From assembly GCF_054482595.1 (NCBI RefSeq), contig NZ_CM137008.1: a stretch of 64,000 nucleotides of DNA, one strand, 5' to 3'. The notes beneath the pieces were generated by a model. That model was given only the letters and a program-made list of their open reading frames with translations, was not told the origin of the DNA and made no database searches. The position numbers were made by a program, and so were the translations under genes. Positions within the stretch are counted from its first letter, which is position 1. Every line of letters starts with the position of its first letter. Shown here in pieces: positions 10,352 to 21,951 of the stretch.

Positions 10352-10381
10352 AAAAAGCTGCGTCTCCCGGAGAAGACGCGG
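10352..10381 (-). terminator. Rho-independent terminator ending the cargo region
   Basis: Hairpin gcgtct(loop)agacgc followed on minus strand by T-run; downstream of secreted-protein gene. Confidence 0.5.
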
Positions 10382-10525
10382 CCTGACGGGTGAAATGAAT
10401 AAGGTTTATTGTCTGAGAGGCCTTTCACTGGCGAGCCACGCATTAAGCGGCTTTCCGGTAACAATGGCTGGGGCTGTATTTACCTTTGATATTAATAATG
10501 TGCAGAGAAACGCATGGTTTACTCC

Positions 10526-10936
10526 TTAGATTTTAAGTTTGTCCTGGGCTACAACGACAGGTTTTCCGGATGTGTCGATGACTCCTACCGTCGGTACGCC
10601 ATTTTTGATTTCGAAGAACGGTTTGTTGCTACCTGAGCACAGTTGATTGTCCCCGTATTCAATCATTTGTGCTTTCCCGGTTTTCAGGTTAACTACCGAG
10701 ACAGTGTAGTCGTAGCACCAGGCACCACCACGTTCAAGCACGAAAACATAGCTGTTATCTTTATAGTTGAACTGATTCTTTGTCTGGCAATTCATACCGT
10801 CAATCTCAGTACAGGAAAACGCTTCTGTAGTATTAACGTATTTGATGTTATTTGGCAGTTTTACTTGTTTCGCAGTAGCGAAGACAGAGAACAGAATAGT
10901 TACAGCAACGAGTAAAGTTTTGATAAAAGTTTTCAT
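10526..10936 (-). CDS. Small secreted protein of unknown function (4 Cys)
   Basis: 136 aa, N-terminal signal peptide MKTFIKTLLVAVTILFSVFATA, four cysteines. Confidence 0.6.
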   Translation of the reverse strand: MKTFIKTLLVAVTILFSVFATAKQVKLPNNIKYVNTTEAFSCTEIDGMNCQTKNQFNYKDNSYVFVLERGGAWCYDYTVSVVNLKTGKAQMIEYGDNQLCSGSNKPFFEIKNGVPTVGVIDTSGKPVVVAQDKLKI

Positions 10937-10951
10937 GATAGACTCCTTAAA

Positions 10952-11440
10952 TTAGTTAACCGCAGCTACGTAGTTTTTCACCAGATACGCGAATTCATGC
11001 ACGCCAATTTCACCGAACCAAACCAGGTAGGCCGGGTCATCTAAACCAAAGTAACGGTAGCCAACAACTTCATGGGTTTTTGGGTTATAGAGTGTTACGA
11101 TAAAGTCCCAGCCGCAGGTATTGGCTTTGCAACCGTCGCCCTGGAGCCAGACTGTACCGTTAATGTTTACTGGCGTGATACCTCCACCAGGGCCATCCAT
11201 ATAGCCGCCTTTACCGAACATGCCGCTCAGTCCGACCGGTTTTAATGCTTTGTCGATAGCGGCTTTGTAGGTAGCGTCACCTTCGTACAACTCGTACGTT
11301 GATGGACACGCTCCAGGTTGTTCAGCCCAGGCTTCCGGGTTACAACTAAGTGCTTGTTTTACGGTAGCCGCTTCTGCGTTAAAGTTAAAGCCCGTGAACA
11401 GAACCGCCAGAAATAACATAAGGGTATGTAAACGTTTCAT
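10952..11440 (-). CDS. Secreted protein, possibly Ivy-like (C-K-x3-C loop)
   Basis: Internal start MKRLHTLMLFLAVLFTGFNFNAEA (signal peptide); motif GCKANTCGW resembles Ivy CKPHDCG loop but lacks His; track ORF 10952..11743 is N-terminally extended. Confidence 0.5.
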   Translation of the reverse strand: MKRLHTLMLFLAVLFTGFNFNAEAATVKQALSCNPEAWAEQPGACPSTYELYEGDATYKAAIDKALKPVGLSGMFGKGGYMDGPGGGITPVNINGTVWLQGDGCKANTCGWDFIVTLYNPKTHEVVGYRYFGLDDPAYLVWFGEIGVHEFAYLVKNYVAAVN

Positions 11441-11728
11441 TGTAAATATTCTTCCGTTGTAAATGGCGCTGGAAAATTTCTCATCAGTGAAACCTTCCGG
11501 AAGTTTCCCCCCCTTGTATGATGTATATCGCCAGTATTTTATTTCATCCCGGCTGTAATTTTTATATTCCCCGGCACGTGCAATAACGCTGACCAGAGAT
11601 ATAAGGCTCATTAATAACTTTACAGGTAATTTCATAATTAAATTTCCAGTGAGTGAATTGACAGGTGAGGGGTAAAACTTTCTCTCAGGTAATATATATC
11701 TGAAAATATTTTCAATAACACCAGACAG

Positions 11729-11755
11729 GAAAAACACCACCACAGGCGGTGGCGT
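11729..11755 (-). terminator. Putative Rho-independent terminator after patatin gene
   Basis: Stem ccacc / ggtgg with 6-nt loop followed on minus strand by tgttttt. Confidence 0.45.
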
Positions 11756-11770
11756 TTCTTTGGGGCGTCT

Positions 11771-12841
11771 TTATTTAATCCGGGCCATCGCGTTTCTCAG
11801 TGCCAAATCTGCCTCTTCCGTTATATCCAGGCTTTTCTGCAATACCGCCTCTGACCGGGTCAGTGCCTGACGTGCTGCCAGCGGTTTCCGGATATGCTCC
11901 ATCGCCAGCATCGTGTCTTCATAGCCCTGCTGACGCCAGGCGTCGGTATGTGCCGATGTAAAACTGAGCAGACCGCCGCTGTTGCCACCATCACCTGCAT
12001 ATTTCAGCCTTTTCCGGGGACGGATCTCAAGGATTGTGGTGTCCGGAAAAGCCTGGCGATCCCATAAAGAACCGTCACTCAGATGCGTCACAATCACCAT
12101 ATTGCATCCGGCATCGACCAGAGGCGTCACAGGGGTATTTCCCTGCATATTTCGCCATCCTCCCATACCACCATCACCGAACATTGTCCCCTGAACCTCA
12201 CGGGGACGGAACAGCAGGGGCAGCGCGGCTGACGCAAGCAGAGCCTCTTTCTGCTGTCCGCGGGGCAGGCTCTGGATATGCTGAAAAACGGCGTTTTTCG
12301 TGGTTCCGACACCCAGTTCAGCACGAATGCAGTCAATAATATCCTGCATGCCCCCTTCTGTGGGGTACAGCGACACATACAGCGGTAGCCCGTCTGCCAG
12401 AGCATCAGTATCAAGATAATGATCCATCAGCGCTGTCAGGGGCTCATCTGACAACAACGGCTGAGCCATCAGATTGTCAAACCCGTTGATTGTCGATATA
12501 TGGCGAAGAAGCGTCGTAAGCAGTGCTCCTGCACGTCCGGGGATCTGGCAGAGGTTCATTGCCTGGAACAATTTTTTCAGCAATGAAAAGTAAACCAATC
12601 TGTTTACCGACAGCACCTGATTATTCCCCAGATGATCCCAGAGCGCCTCCAGGCGTACGGCAGCTTCTGACAGATCGGGAGAGGCCGCGATAATGGCACC
12701 ATTGAATGCGCCAATGCTGGCCCCTGAAACCATGCTGATCTGTGTACCACACTCTGCCAGTGCCTTAACCACTCCCGCCTGATAAGCGCCCACCGCCCCG
12801 CCACCGGACAGCACCAGCCCCGTTTTCATTTCTGTACTCAT
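11771..12841 (-). CDS. Patatin-like phospholipase
   Basis: GGGAVGAYQAG oxyanion-hole motif, GASIG (GxSxG) nucleophile, DGG motif (FGDGGMGG); start overlaps upstream stop (ATGA). Confidence 0.85.
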   Translation of the reverse strand: MSTEMKTGLVLSGGGAVGAYQAGVVKALAECGTQISMVSGASIGAFNGAIIAASPDLSEAAVRLEALWDHLGNNQVLSVNRLVYFSLLKKLFQAMNLCQIPGRAGALLTTLLRHISTINGFDNLMAQPLLSDEPLTALMDHYLDTDALADGLPLYVSLYPTEGGMQDIIDCIRAELGVGTTKNAVFQHIQSLPRGQQKEALLASAALPLLFRPREVQGTMFGDGGMGGWRNMQGNTPVTPLVDAGCNMVIVTHLSDGSLWDRQAFPDTTILEIRPRKRLKYAGDGGNSGGLLSFTSAHTDAWRQQGYEDTMLAMEHIRKPLAARQALTRSEAVLQKSLDITEEADLALRNAMARIK

Positions 12842-13743
12842 GCAGCCCCCTTCTGAAATATTTCATCGACCATACTTTCAGAGAGGCGTTCTGCAGAGCA
12901 GAGGCGAGGCATGCGAACCGGTAAGTGTTCTGCAGCCTGCGTGGTTGACCAGATCACCGGATGCTGCTCTTCACTGCACCAGTCTCCCAGCCAGTTAATC
13001 GCGTCATGCCACTCGTTATCTGCCTGCTCCCGGCCCTGACCACCAAGCCAGTCCAGAGTGTTCAGACGCACGGTTGCACTACCGCCACTCTCCTGTGCCA
13101 TCTGCGTTAATGCTTTATGTCTGAGAATATCCAGTAGCTGGTTAACCTGGCCTGTTTCGCCCTGACGTATCACATCACCAAACGCGCCCCAGCGAAGCTC
13201 TTCAAGTGCCACATAACAACGTCCGGCAGGGGAAAATGACGCATATCGCCCGGCGCTCCACCATGAGAATATCTGCTCAAGATGTAACTGCGCCCGCTGA
13301 ACCTGGTCAACACGGTGGAGTTTTTCTTCAAGATGATTCAGTTTATGGTGAACCTGATCGGCCAGGGTGAGTAACTGCTCCCGCGTATCTGCGGAATAAT
13401 GCGCCAGCCTGGCTGTATCACTGACCAGTGAACTGACCCTGTCGTTTACCCGGGTAATCGCGTAGTTTGTGGTGGCAAGTGACGTTGTCATCTCCGTCAG
13501 CCAGCGCAGGGACGCCTCAACGCCCTGTGCAAGCGACGCATTGATGGCATTCTGCCGTGCAGCGCCTTCGCCGGTCAGCCCCTCTTTTAAACGCCGGAAG
13601 AACGTGCGCTCTCCGGCCGTGCGGATATGCTCCTGTGCAACATCGATTCCGTTTGCGAAATCAACCACAAATTTTTCAGGAAGACAGGTGAGTACCTGAC
13701 ATACCCGGTTATCAGCAATTTGTTGAATAAATGGTGAAGTCAC
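12838..13743 (-). CDS. Hypothetical coiled-coil protein, middle gene of operon
   Basis: 301 aa, helical/heptad-rich, no recognised domain; ATGA overlaps with both neighbours. Confidence 0.7.
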   Translation of the reverse strand: MTSPFIQQIADNRVCQVLTCLPEKFVVDFANGIDVAQEHIRTAGERTFFRRLKEGLTGEGAARQNAINASLAQGVEASLRWLTEMTTSLATTNYAITRVNDRVSSLVSDTARLAHYSADTREQLLTLADQVHHKLNHLEEKLHRVDQVQRAQLHLEQIFSWWSAGRYASFSPAGRCYVALEELRWGAFGDVIRQGETGQVNQLLDILRHKALTQMAQESGGSATVRLNTLDWLGGQGREQADNEWHDAINWLGDWCSEEQHPVIWSTTQAAEHLPVRMPRLCSAERLSESMVDEIFQKGAA

Positions 13744-16136
13744 AGCATTGTCTCCAGCTCTTCCCTCAGCGCCTTACTGTCAGTAATGAGCTCAGGAACC
13801 CTTTCATTTAATGCCTGAAGTCGCCCGGTAAGTCGTTCCTGCGCCTGCTGATCGCGTTTATGATCCTCAGAGCTCTGAATCAGCGTGTTACGCAGTTGTT
13901 CAACTTTCTCCCTGAATGCGCAGAAAAAGGCATCGATTTCCTGGCGGACGGGCTGGTTAATATCCTGCTCAATGGATGCCTGCAGCTCCCCGAAATATGC
14001 CCGGGTCAGTGACATAACTTCCTCTCTGACCTTGTTGATATTGATCACGCTGCGACTCACATCCTCGTCATAGTTTTCCCAGCCCAGGTCACTGGTGCCA
14101 AACCATCGACAAACGGTTCCCCATACGCCACTCTGCCGACGGCGACGGGTGACGGTCTCCGTTCTTTCCTCCATAAGCGCACTCAGATTTATTTTTACCG
14201 CGAGCCGGGTCTGTAACTGGCTGACTGCCGGAAAACTGATTTTTACGGTAAAGCCCTCATCCTCCAGGCGGGCATTGATGCGACCGGCAATGTTTTCTGT
14301 GGCGTACAGGGCCGTGCCACGAAAACCTGTTTCAATCCCGCTGACGATTTTCTCCAGCTCAGGCCGGAACTGTGCTTCAGCCTCACGGTGCAGGCTGGTC
14401 ACGGTCGATTCGATTTGCGTCATCAGTTCAAGGGCTTCCCTGCGATCACTGAATTTTATTTCGGGGCTGTCCGGGGCAAAATCTCGTTTCCTGTAATCCT
14501 CCCGGCCCTGGTTGTTGATACCGGACCATTGAGAAATTTTCCCCCATAATCCGGACTGAGACCTTCGTTGTTCTGCGTCTTCTTCCTCCAGCATTTGCTG
14601 TTCTTTGCGTTTACCGCTTCTGAAATAGTCATTCAGCTCCTCTTCCAGTGAGGTGCAGACCCCCGTCAGTAATTCCCGGGTTTTAGTATCGATCTCCTCC
14701 ATGGCCATTCTGACATCAGTGGTCATCTGCTCCTGACAGTCCGCGATTTCCCGGATATCCGCAAGCAGGCTGGTGATATGCGACTGCAGTGACTGAATGC
14801 TTTGCTGTAGCCCCTGATGGCGTAACAACAGGTATTCACTGATATTTTCTGCATTCTGCATCAGTTTTGCGGCGGCAGAGTCAACCGCCAGTGCCGCAGC
14901 TCTGGAATGTGAGCTCTGTATGACTTCCGTTATCAGTTGATCGATAAGTGAGCCTTCCCACAGGTCTGTCGCCCCTTCAGTTGCCAGTTCACTGTCTTTA
15001 CAGACGTATTCTTTTTTCATGCAACCGAAGGCACCTCTGATAAAATCATCGACCCAGGCTTCATCAACAGGAAGGGTTCCGTTTTTCCGTAACTCATGAA
15101 GCGCACGGTTAGCCAGGTATGCCTGGCGTGAGGATCCGGGATAAACGCGGGAGGCGGGCAGCACATCGCTGTTCAGCATTGCCGGAACTTTCTGGCGTAC
15201 GGCATCTGCCCCATCGCCATTGCGGTCTTTCTCATCAAATTTATTGACCAGTACAAACAGGCGGCCGGCTGATACGTCAGCAATGGCATTAAGCTCTTTA
15301 CGGACGTCTTCATCCGCTTTTGAGTTCATCTGGGTGTAATCCATCACAGCCAGAACCGCAGAGGCTTTCTGCAGTTGATCCCGCATCATCACTTCCATCT
15401 GCGGTTGTCCGGCCTCATTAGGGCCGGGGGTATCCAGCAGTGTGAGTGTTCCCTGGCATGCATCCATCCCCACCAGATGGCTGAATTCCACGTCGATCAC
15501 CGGCAGTTTCTGCACTTCTGCGTATTCATCAAAAGGAAATTCAGTCCCCATTGCCGCAGCAAGACGAACCAGATCGTTTAACGATGCCAGTCCGGTAAAG
15601 ATTTCCTCCTCCCCGTGGTATTCATTTTTGAGCCAGCCATCATCCGTCAGAATATCCAGCAGTTCGCGGGTATCCCCGGTTTGCTGCAGGGTCTGTGCGA
15701 CCTGCTGTCCTGCCGGGGTGGCGAGTTTTTCCTGCAGTGTGATTAATAAATTGCGGACAGGCTGAATATGTTCCAGATGGAGAACCGGCTCAGTTTTTCC
15801 GGGAACGTGGCGGATGAGCGTCGGTACAGAGGTCATGGGGCGGTTACGGTTAGGCAGAATTTCCTGCCCCACAATGGCATTGATGGTGGTTGATTTGCCT
15901 GCTTTCATCGTGCCGACAACAGCCAGCACCATCTCCCTGCGGGCGGTTTTGATTTGTTCGCCCTCCAGCTCCTCAATTCTTTTCAGTGCTTTCTGTTTAT
16001 CAAAAAGCAGTCTGTTTTCGTTCTTACTGTCAGATAACACATCTGGCTCCTCAACCATTTGCCGGAGCAGATTAATGTTCAGTTGCAAAAGTCGGTCGGC
16101 TTCATCACAAAGCAGGGCGATGTTCTTTTCGTGCAT
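13740..16136 (-). CDS. Dynamin-like GTPase (bacterial dynamin family)
   Basis: 798 aa; G1 GTMKAGKST, G3 DTPG, G4 NKFD, long helical C-terminal region. Confidence 0.85.
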   Translation of the reverse strand: MHEKNIALLCDEADRLLQLNINLLRQMVEEPDVLSDSKNENRLLFDKQKALKRIEELEGEQIKTARREMVLAVVGTMKAGKSTTINAIVGQEILPNRNRPMTSVPTLIRHVPGKTEPVLHLEHIQPVRNLLITLQEKLATPAGQQVAQTLQQTGDTRELLDILTDDGWLKNEYHGEEEIFTGLASLNDLVRLAAAMGTEFPFDEYAEVQKLPVIDVEFSHLVGMDACQGTLTLLDTPGPNEAGQPQMEVMMRDQLQKASAVLAVMDYTQMNSKADEDVRKELNAIADVSAGRLFVLVNKFDEKDRNGDGADAVRQKVPAMLNSDVLPASRVYPGSSRQAYLANRALHELRKNGTLPVDEAWVDDFIRGAFGCMKKEYVCKDSELATEGATDLWEGSLIDQLITEVIQSSHSRAAALAVDSAAAKLMQNAENISEYLLLRHQGLQQSIQSLQSHITSLLADIREIADCQEQMTTDVRMAMEEIDTKTRELLTGVCTSLEEELNDYFRSGKRKEQQMLEEEDAEQRRSQSGLWGKISQWSGINNQGREDYRKRDFAPDSPEIKFSDRREALELMTQIESTVTSLHREAEAQFRPELEKIVSGIETGFRGTALYATENIAGRINARLEDEGFTVKISFPAVSQLQTRLAVKINLSALMEERTETVTRRRRQSGVWGTVCRWFGTSDLGWENYDEDVSRSVININKVREEVMSLTRAYFGELQASIEQDINQPVRQEIDAFFCAFREKVEQLRNTLIQSSEDHKRDQQAQERLTGRLQALNERVPELITDSKALREELETML

Positions 16137-16189
16137 TATTTAACCTTCCTAAGACGCATTTTCATGACAACCACGGAGGAGGTCATTCA

Positions 16190-16270
16190 CTACAAACGAT
16201 CGTTTATAACGATCGATATGATAGTAACGATCGATGTATTCTATTAACTTGAGAAACACAACGCAAGGGG
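16190..16270 (-). promoter_or_regulatory. Sigma70-like promoter followed by three clustered GATC sites (agn43-type Dam/OxyR switch candidate)
   Basis: On minus strand: -35 TTGCGT, 17-bp spacer, -10 TAGAAT, then GATC at about 16229, 16211 and 16198 within 35 bp; RBS aggaagg before dynamin ATG. Confidence 0.55.
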
Positions 16271-16353
16271 ACAACCCGGGTATGGCTGCGTTTGCATAGT
16301 GTTTTCATGGAGTTAAAAATCTGTAACAACAGCCTGGTACATCACCACCGGGT

Positions 16354-17265
16354 TCAGAAGAAAATCCAGTTCCATACCGCGCGGGCAACAGAGACCACCG
16401 AGTCACGGACGGCGCGCAGAACCGTGCGTGCAACAGAGGCAATGCAGACGCTCTCCGCCGTGTCAAATATCCGGTCCACCGCACCGGTAAACTGTTCACG
16501 GGCCTGAGACCGGACAGACTCCGTGCGCAGCTCGTCCTGCAGGCGGGTCATCAGGGGACTGGCGGCATGGTCGGGAAGTGCTGTCATGAGCGCACTGACC
16601 AGCGTATCCAGTTCCCAGCCGGTGCGGGCCGATACGGCAACAACCCGATGTACGGGCCGGAACAGACGGAATACCGCCTCCGTTTTTTCGCGAATGTTCT
16701 GTGCCTGTGCGGGAGAAGGCTGAATACCGGCCATATCCCATTCATGGCAGGGCTCCGTTTTATCGGCCTGCATCACCACAAACAGTACCCGCTGATGTCC
16801 CCGGTGCAGGATGTGTCGCCAGAAATACTCATCCACAGACAGGGCACGGTCATCGGCTTTAATCAGCCACAGTACCAGGTCCAGTTCGGGCAGAATGTCA
16901 CGGTACAGGGCTTCATACTCTGCATCCCTGTCCCGGCTCTCGCCCACCCCGGGCAGGTCAGTGATAACCATGCTGTGACCATGGCCATTCAGACGGAAGC
17001 GCTGCACTTCCCGGGTGCCGGCGTGAACATCACTGACCGGGGTGACCTCCCCCTGAAACAGCGCATTACAGAGTGAGGATTTACCGGCCCCGCTTTTCCC
17101 CATAATGCCAATCACGGGTTCGTGACTGGTGAGTTTGCGCAGATGTTCCAGGATGTGACGGGAAAGTGAGTAAGGCAGGGAGGAGAGCGGTTTTTCGATT
17201 GCCTCAATGGCATCAGACGGATTCATACATGTATTCCCGGTGAAAAAAGACAAAACCCCGCGCAC
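16354..17265 (-). CDS. yeeP: YfjP/YeeP-family GTPase
   Basis: P-loop GIMGKSGAGKSS, DLPG, recognised YfjP/YeeP-like sequence; alternative start at MNPSD (17226). Confidence 0.8.
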   Translation of the reverse strand: MRGVLSFFTGNTCMNPSDAIEAIEKPLSSLPYSLSRHILEHLRKLTSHEPVIGIMGKSGAGKSSLCNALFQGEVTPVSDVHAGTREVQRFRLNGHGHSMVITDLPGVGESRDRDAEYEALYRDILPELDLVLWLIKADDRALSVDEYFWRHILHRGHQRVLFVVMQADKTEPCHEWDMAGIQPSPAQAQNIREKTEAVFRLFRPVHRVVAVSARTGWELDTLVSALMTALPDHAASPLMTRLQDELRTESVRSQAREQFTGAVDRIFDTAESVCIASVARTVLRAVRDSVVSVARAVWNWIFF

Positions 17266-17309
17266 CGGAAAGGTGGCGGGGGATTCACGGAAATAATATC
17301 TGTCTGAAA

Positions 17310-18473
17310 TTATCTGGAATCGATTTGGCTGTTCTGCCTGGTTGCCACCAAATCATGGTACGCCTGCTCAATCATTTCATTCAGCAGTTTTTTTGGGAGG
17401 ACACCACGACTTCGGGCAATACTTTCAAGCTGTTTGTGGATTTTTCCGGACAGTTTCAGAGGGACGGAACCATCAGCACGTTCATCACGCCTTTTTTGTT
17501 GCTCCCGGGCACTTTTCAGCTCATCAAGAAGAATCGCTTTATGCTGAATCCTGGGGGCCTGGAAGGAGACCTGCGTAAACTTCGCTCTGTTCCGTCTGGG
17601 ATTACTTTCCAGTAAAAACTGTACCTGTTGCTCATTCCAGCCCTCCCAGTTATCAAACGTGGCGCAGGCAAACCAGTATTTCTGCTCCGGGGTAAGGGGA
17701 TTCAGCGGGGTTCCCACACACCGGACCTGCATGGCGTTCCATAACCAGTCACACTGTTCACTGTCCCTGCTGTCCACCCACGAAAAGGGGGAGGGGTAAT
17801 CATTGTTTATGCTGGCCCATTCAGAGAATACTGAGTTGATAATCGTCCTCGTAGCCTCTGGTCCGGATTTCAGCAGGTAACTGGAGCAGAACCATATAAT
17901 TTCACGGTAGATTTTATCCGGATGCACGGTGCGCATCGGCTTTTCTCTGGGACCGGCAATCTTCGGTTGCGATGGAAACCCCGTGGCAAACCGCAGATGT
18001 TCCGGGGGCATTCCTGAACGTTTTTCAGGAATGGGTGTGAGTCCTGCGTTTCTGGTCTTTTCCGCTTGTCCGGTATTGCCTCCGGCCGGAGTGTTGTCGG
18101 GAGTATCTTCCGGAGGCGAGGTGTTTTCATTAGTTGGGGGAACAACAGCAGAACTGTCCATCTCCGGAATGGGTTGAGGGGCATAATCACTGTGGTAGCC
18201 AGGGGAAAGCGTTAAGTCCCGAAGGGTGACATCAGGTTCCGGGCAGTGAGTGCCACCGGGAGTGAACGGGAGTTGTTGCTTTTGGGAGAAAAATGTATTG
18301 TGAATGCGGGTATACAGCTGGAACAGAAAAAAATAAGATGCCCGTGGTTCTTTTTTTAACCACTGTGTATATTCCTCTATGGCACCGAGCTGTTGTTTGT
18401 GCCGTTTTACAGCATCGATATACGGACAGCTGGTGCAGATATCATCCAGTTCCTTTCCCACAATACACCTCAC
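17310..18473 (-). CDS. Hypothetical protein with Pro/Thr-rich low-complexity linker
   Basis: 387 aa ORF upstream of GTPase on same strand; central stretch PPTNENTSPPEDTPDNTPAGGNTGQ; no recognised domain. Confidence 0.55.
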   Translation of the reverse strand: MRCIVGKELDDICTSCPYIDAVKRHKQQLGAIEEYTQWLKKEPRASYFFLFQLYTRIHNTFFSQKQQLPFTPGGTHCPEPDVTLRDLTLSPGYHSDYAPQPIPEMDSSAVVPPTNENTSPPEDTPDNTPAGGNTGQAEKTRNAGLTPIPEKRSGMPPEHLRFATGFPSQPKIAGPREKPMRTVHPDKIYREIIWFCSSYLLKSGPEATRTIINSVFSEWASINNDYPSPFSWVDSRDSEQCDWLWNAMQVRCVGTPLNPLTPEQKYWFACATFDNWEGWNEQQVQFLLESNPRRNRAKFTQVSFQAPRIQHKAILLDELKSAREQQKRRDERADGSVPLKLSGKIHKQLESIARSRGVLPKKLLNEMIEQAYHDLVATRQNSQIDSR

Positions 18474-19591
18474 CTGCTTTTCTCACATTTGCAGATTTTA
18501 AAAAAGCAAACAAAAACCTCCGTACATGATGTACAGAACAATCTACCAGGTAGTGGCGTCAGAAAACCTCCGGGCCGCCTGCACTTTCCGGAATGCGCCG
18601 GTTATGAAAAACCGGAAATTCAGTCTCTGTTGTAAGATGTACCCTCTGATACTACGTTTTCTCTGTGTATTTAACTCACTGTATTTATTGTCTTTTTAAG
18701 CTTGACTAATATTCTCCGGTCATAGTGTGCCGGATACACATCCCGTAAACTTCTCATTTTTATATAAAAATACCTGCACTCTCTTCAGCGCATCTGTCTC
18801 CTTTAAGTAAAAAATGTTTTTACGTATTGCTGTAAATTCATTTTAAATCAGTATATTACCTTGATATTGCTGTCTCCTGGTTTGATGCGTAATCGTTCTG
18901 CCTTTCTGGATGATTCTGGTGCTTCCGGGTGCATTCTCCTCTGCACATGCAACAGTTCGTCATCGCCACGCTCCCAAAAAGCATATAAAAACGAATCGAA
19001 TTTGATATTTTTTTCAATCGTTTTTCATAGGAATTTCGTAGGGTATTCTCCGCTATAACCTCCATATTTGCTGTCTTTTTCTTCATAAATCGTATGCAAT
19101 GTAGCCTGTCTGTCAAGACCTCTTCTCTGCTGTTGAGGAGACGATCTCATTTTTGGTCTTTTCCGGGAGAGAGGCTGTCAGATGAGCGAGCCGGATATAC
19201 TGTCAGAGGTACACCCCGTAGCAGACCTGTGCTCCCATTTCCGCGATCCGGAACCAACAACACCCTACGGTTAATACCATTTGAAGCGTCAGGTACTGCA
19301 GGAAGTTCCCCCCTGCGCGGACATCGGTTCCTGCCGACATCTCACAATACGGCCAGACTGTCATGCAGTAACACCCGCATGCGGTCTGCGGTTTTAAGCG
19401 CACTCTCCCGTTTTCAGTGCATCGATAATGCGTCATAGTAAGTCTGGGGGAAGTTACGGAATGCCTGTTAAGTGGTGCCGTGGGTGGAGACAGCTTACTT
19501 TTCTACAGCAACTGCAGTCATTCAGGATGATCAGGAGATATTCTGTCAATGTCACGATCCTGCCATTTTCGTACCCGCTAAGATACTTCCG

Positions 19592-21951
<2,360 letters not shown>

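Noticed and set aside
16059-16741. Short ORFs spanning the dynamin upstream region and antisense to the yeeP-like GTPase
   Set aside because: Overlap promoter/regulatory DNA or are antisense to the GTPase; no coding signal.
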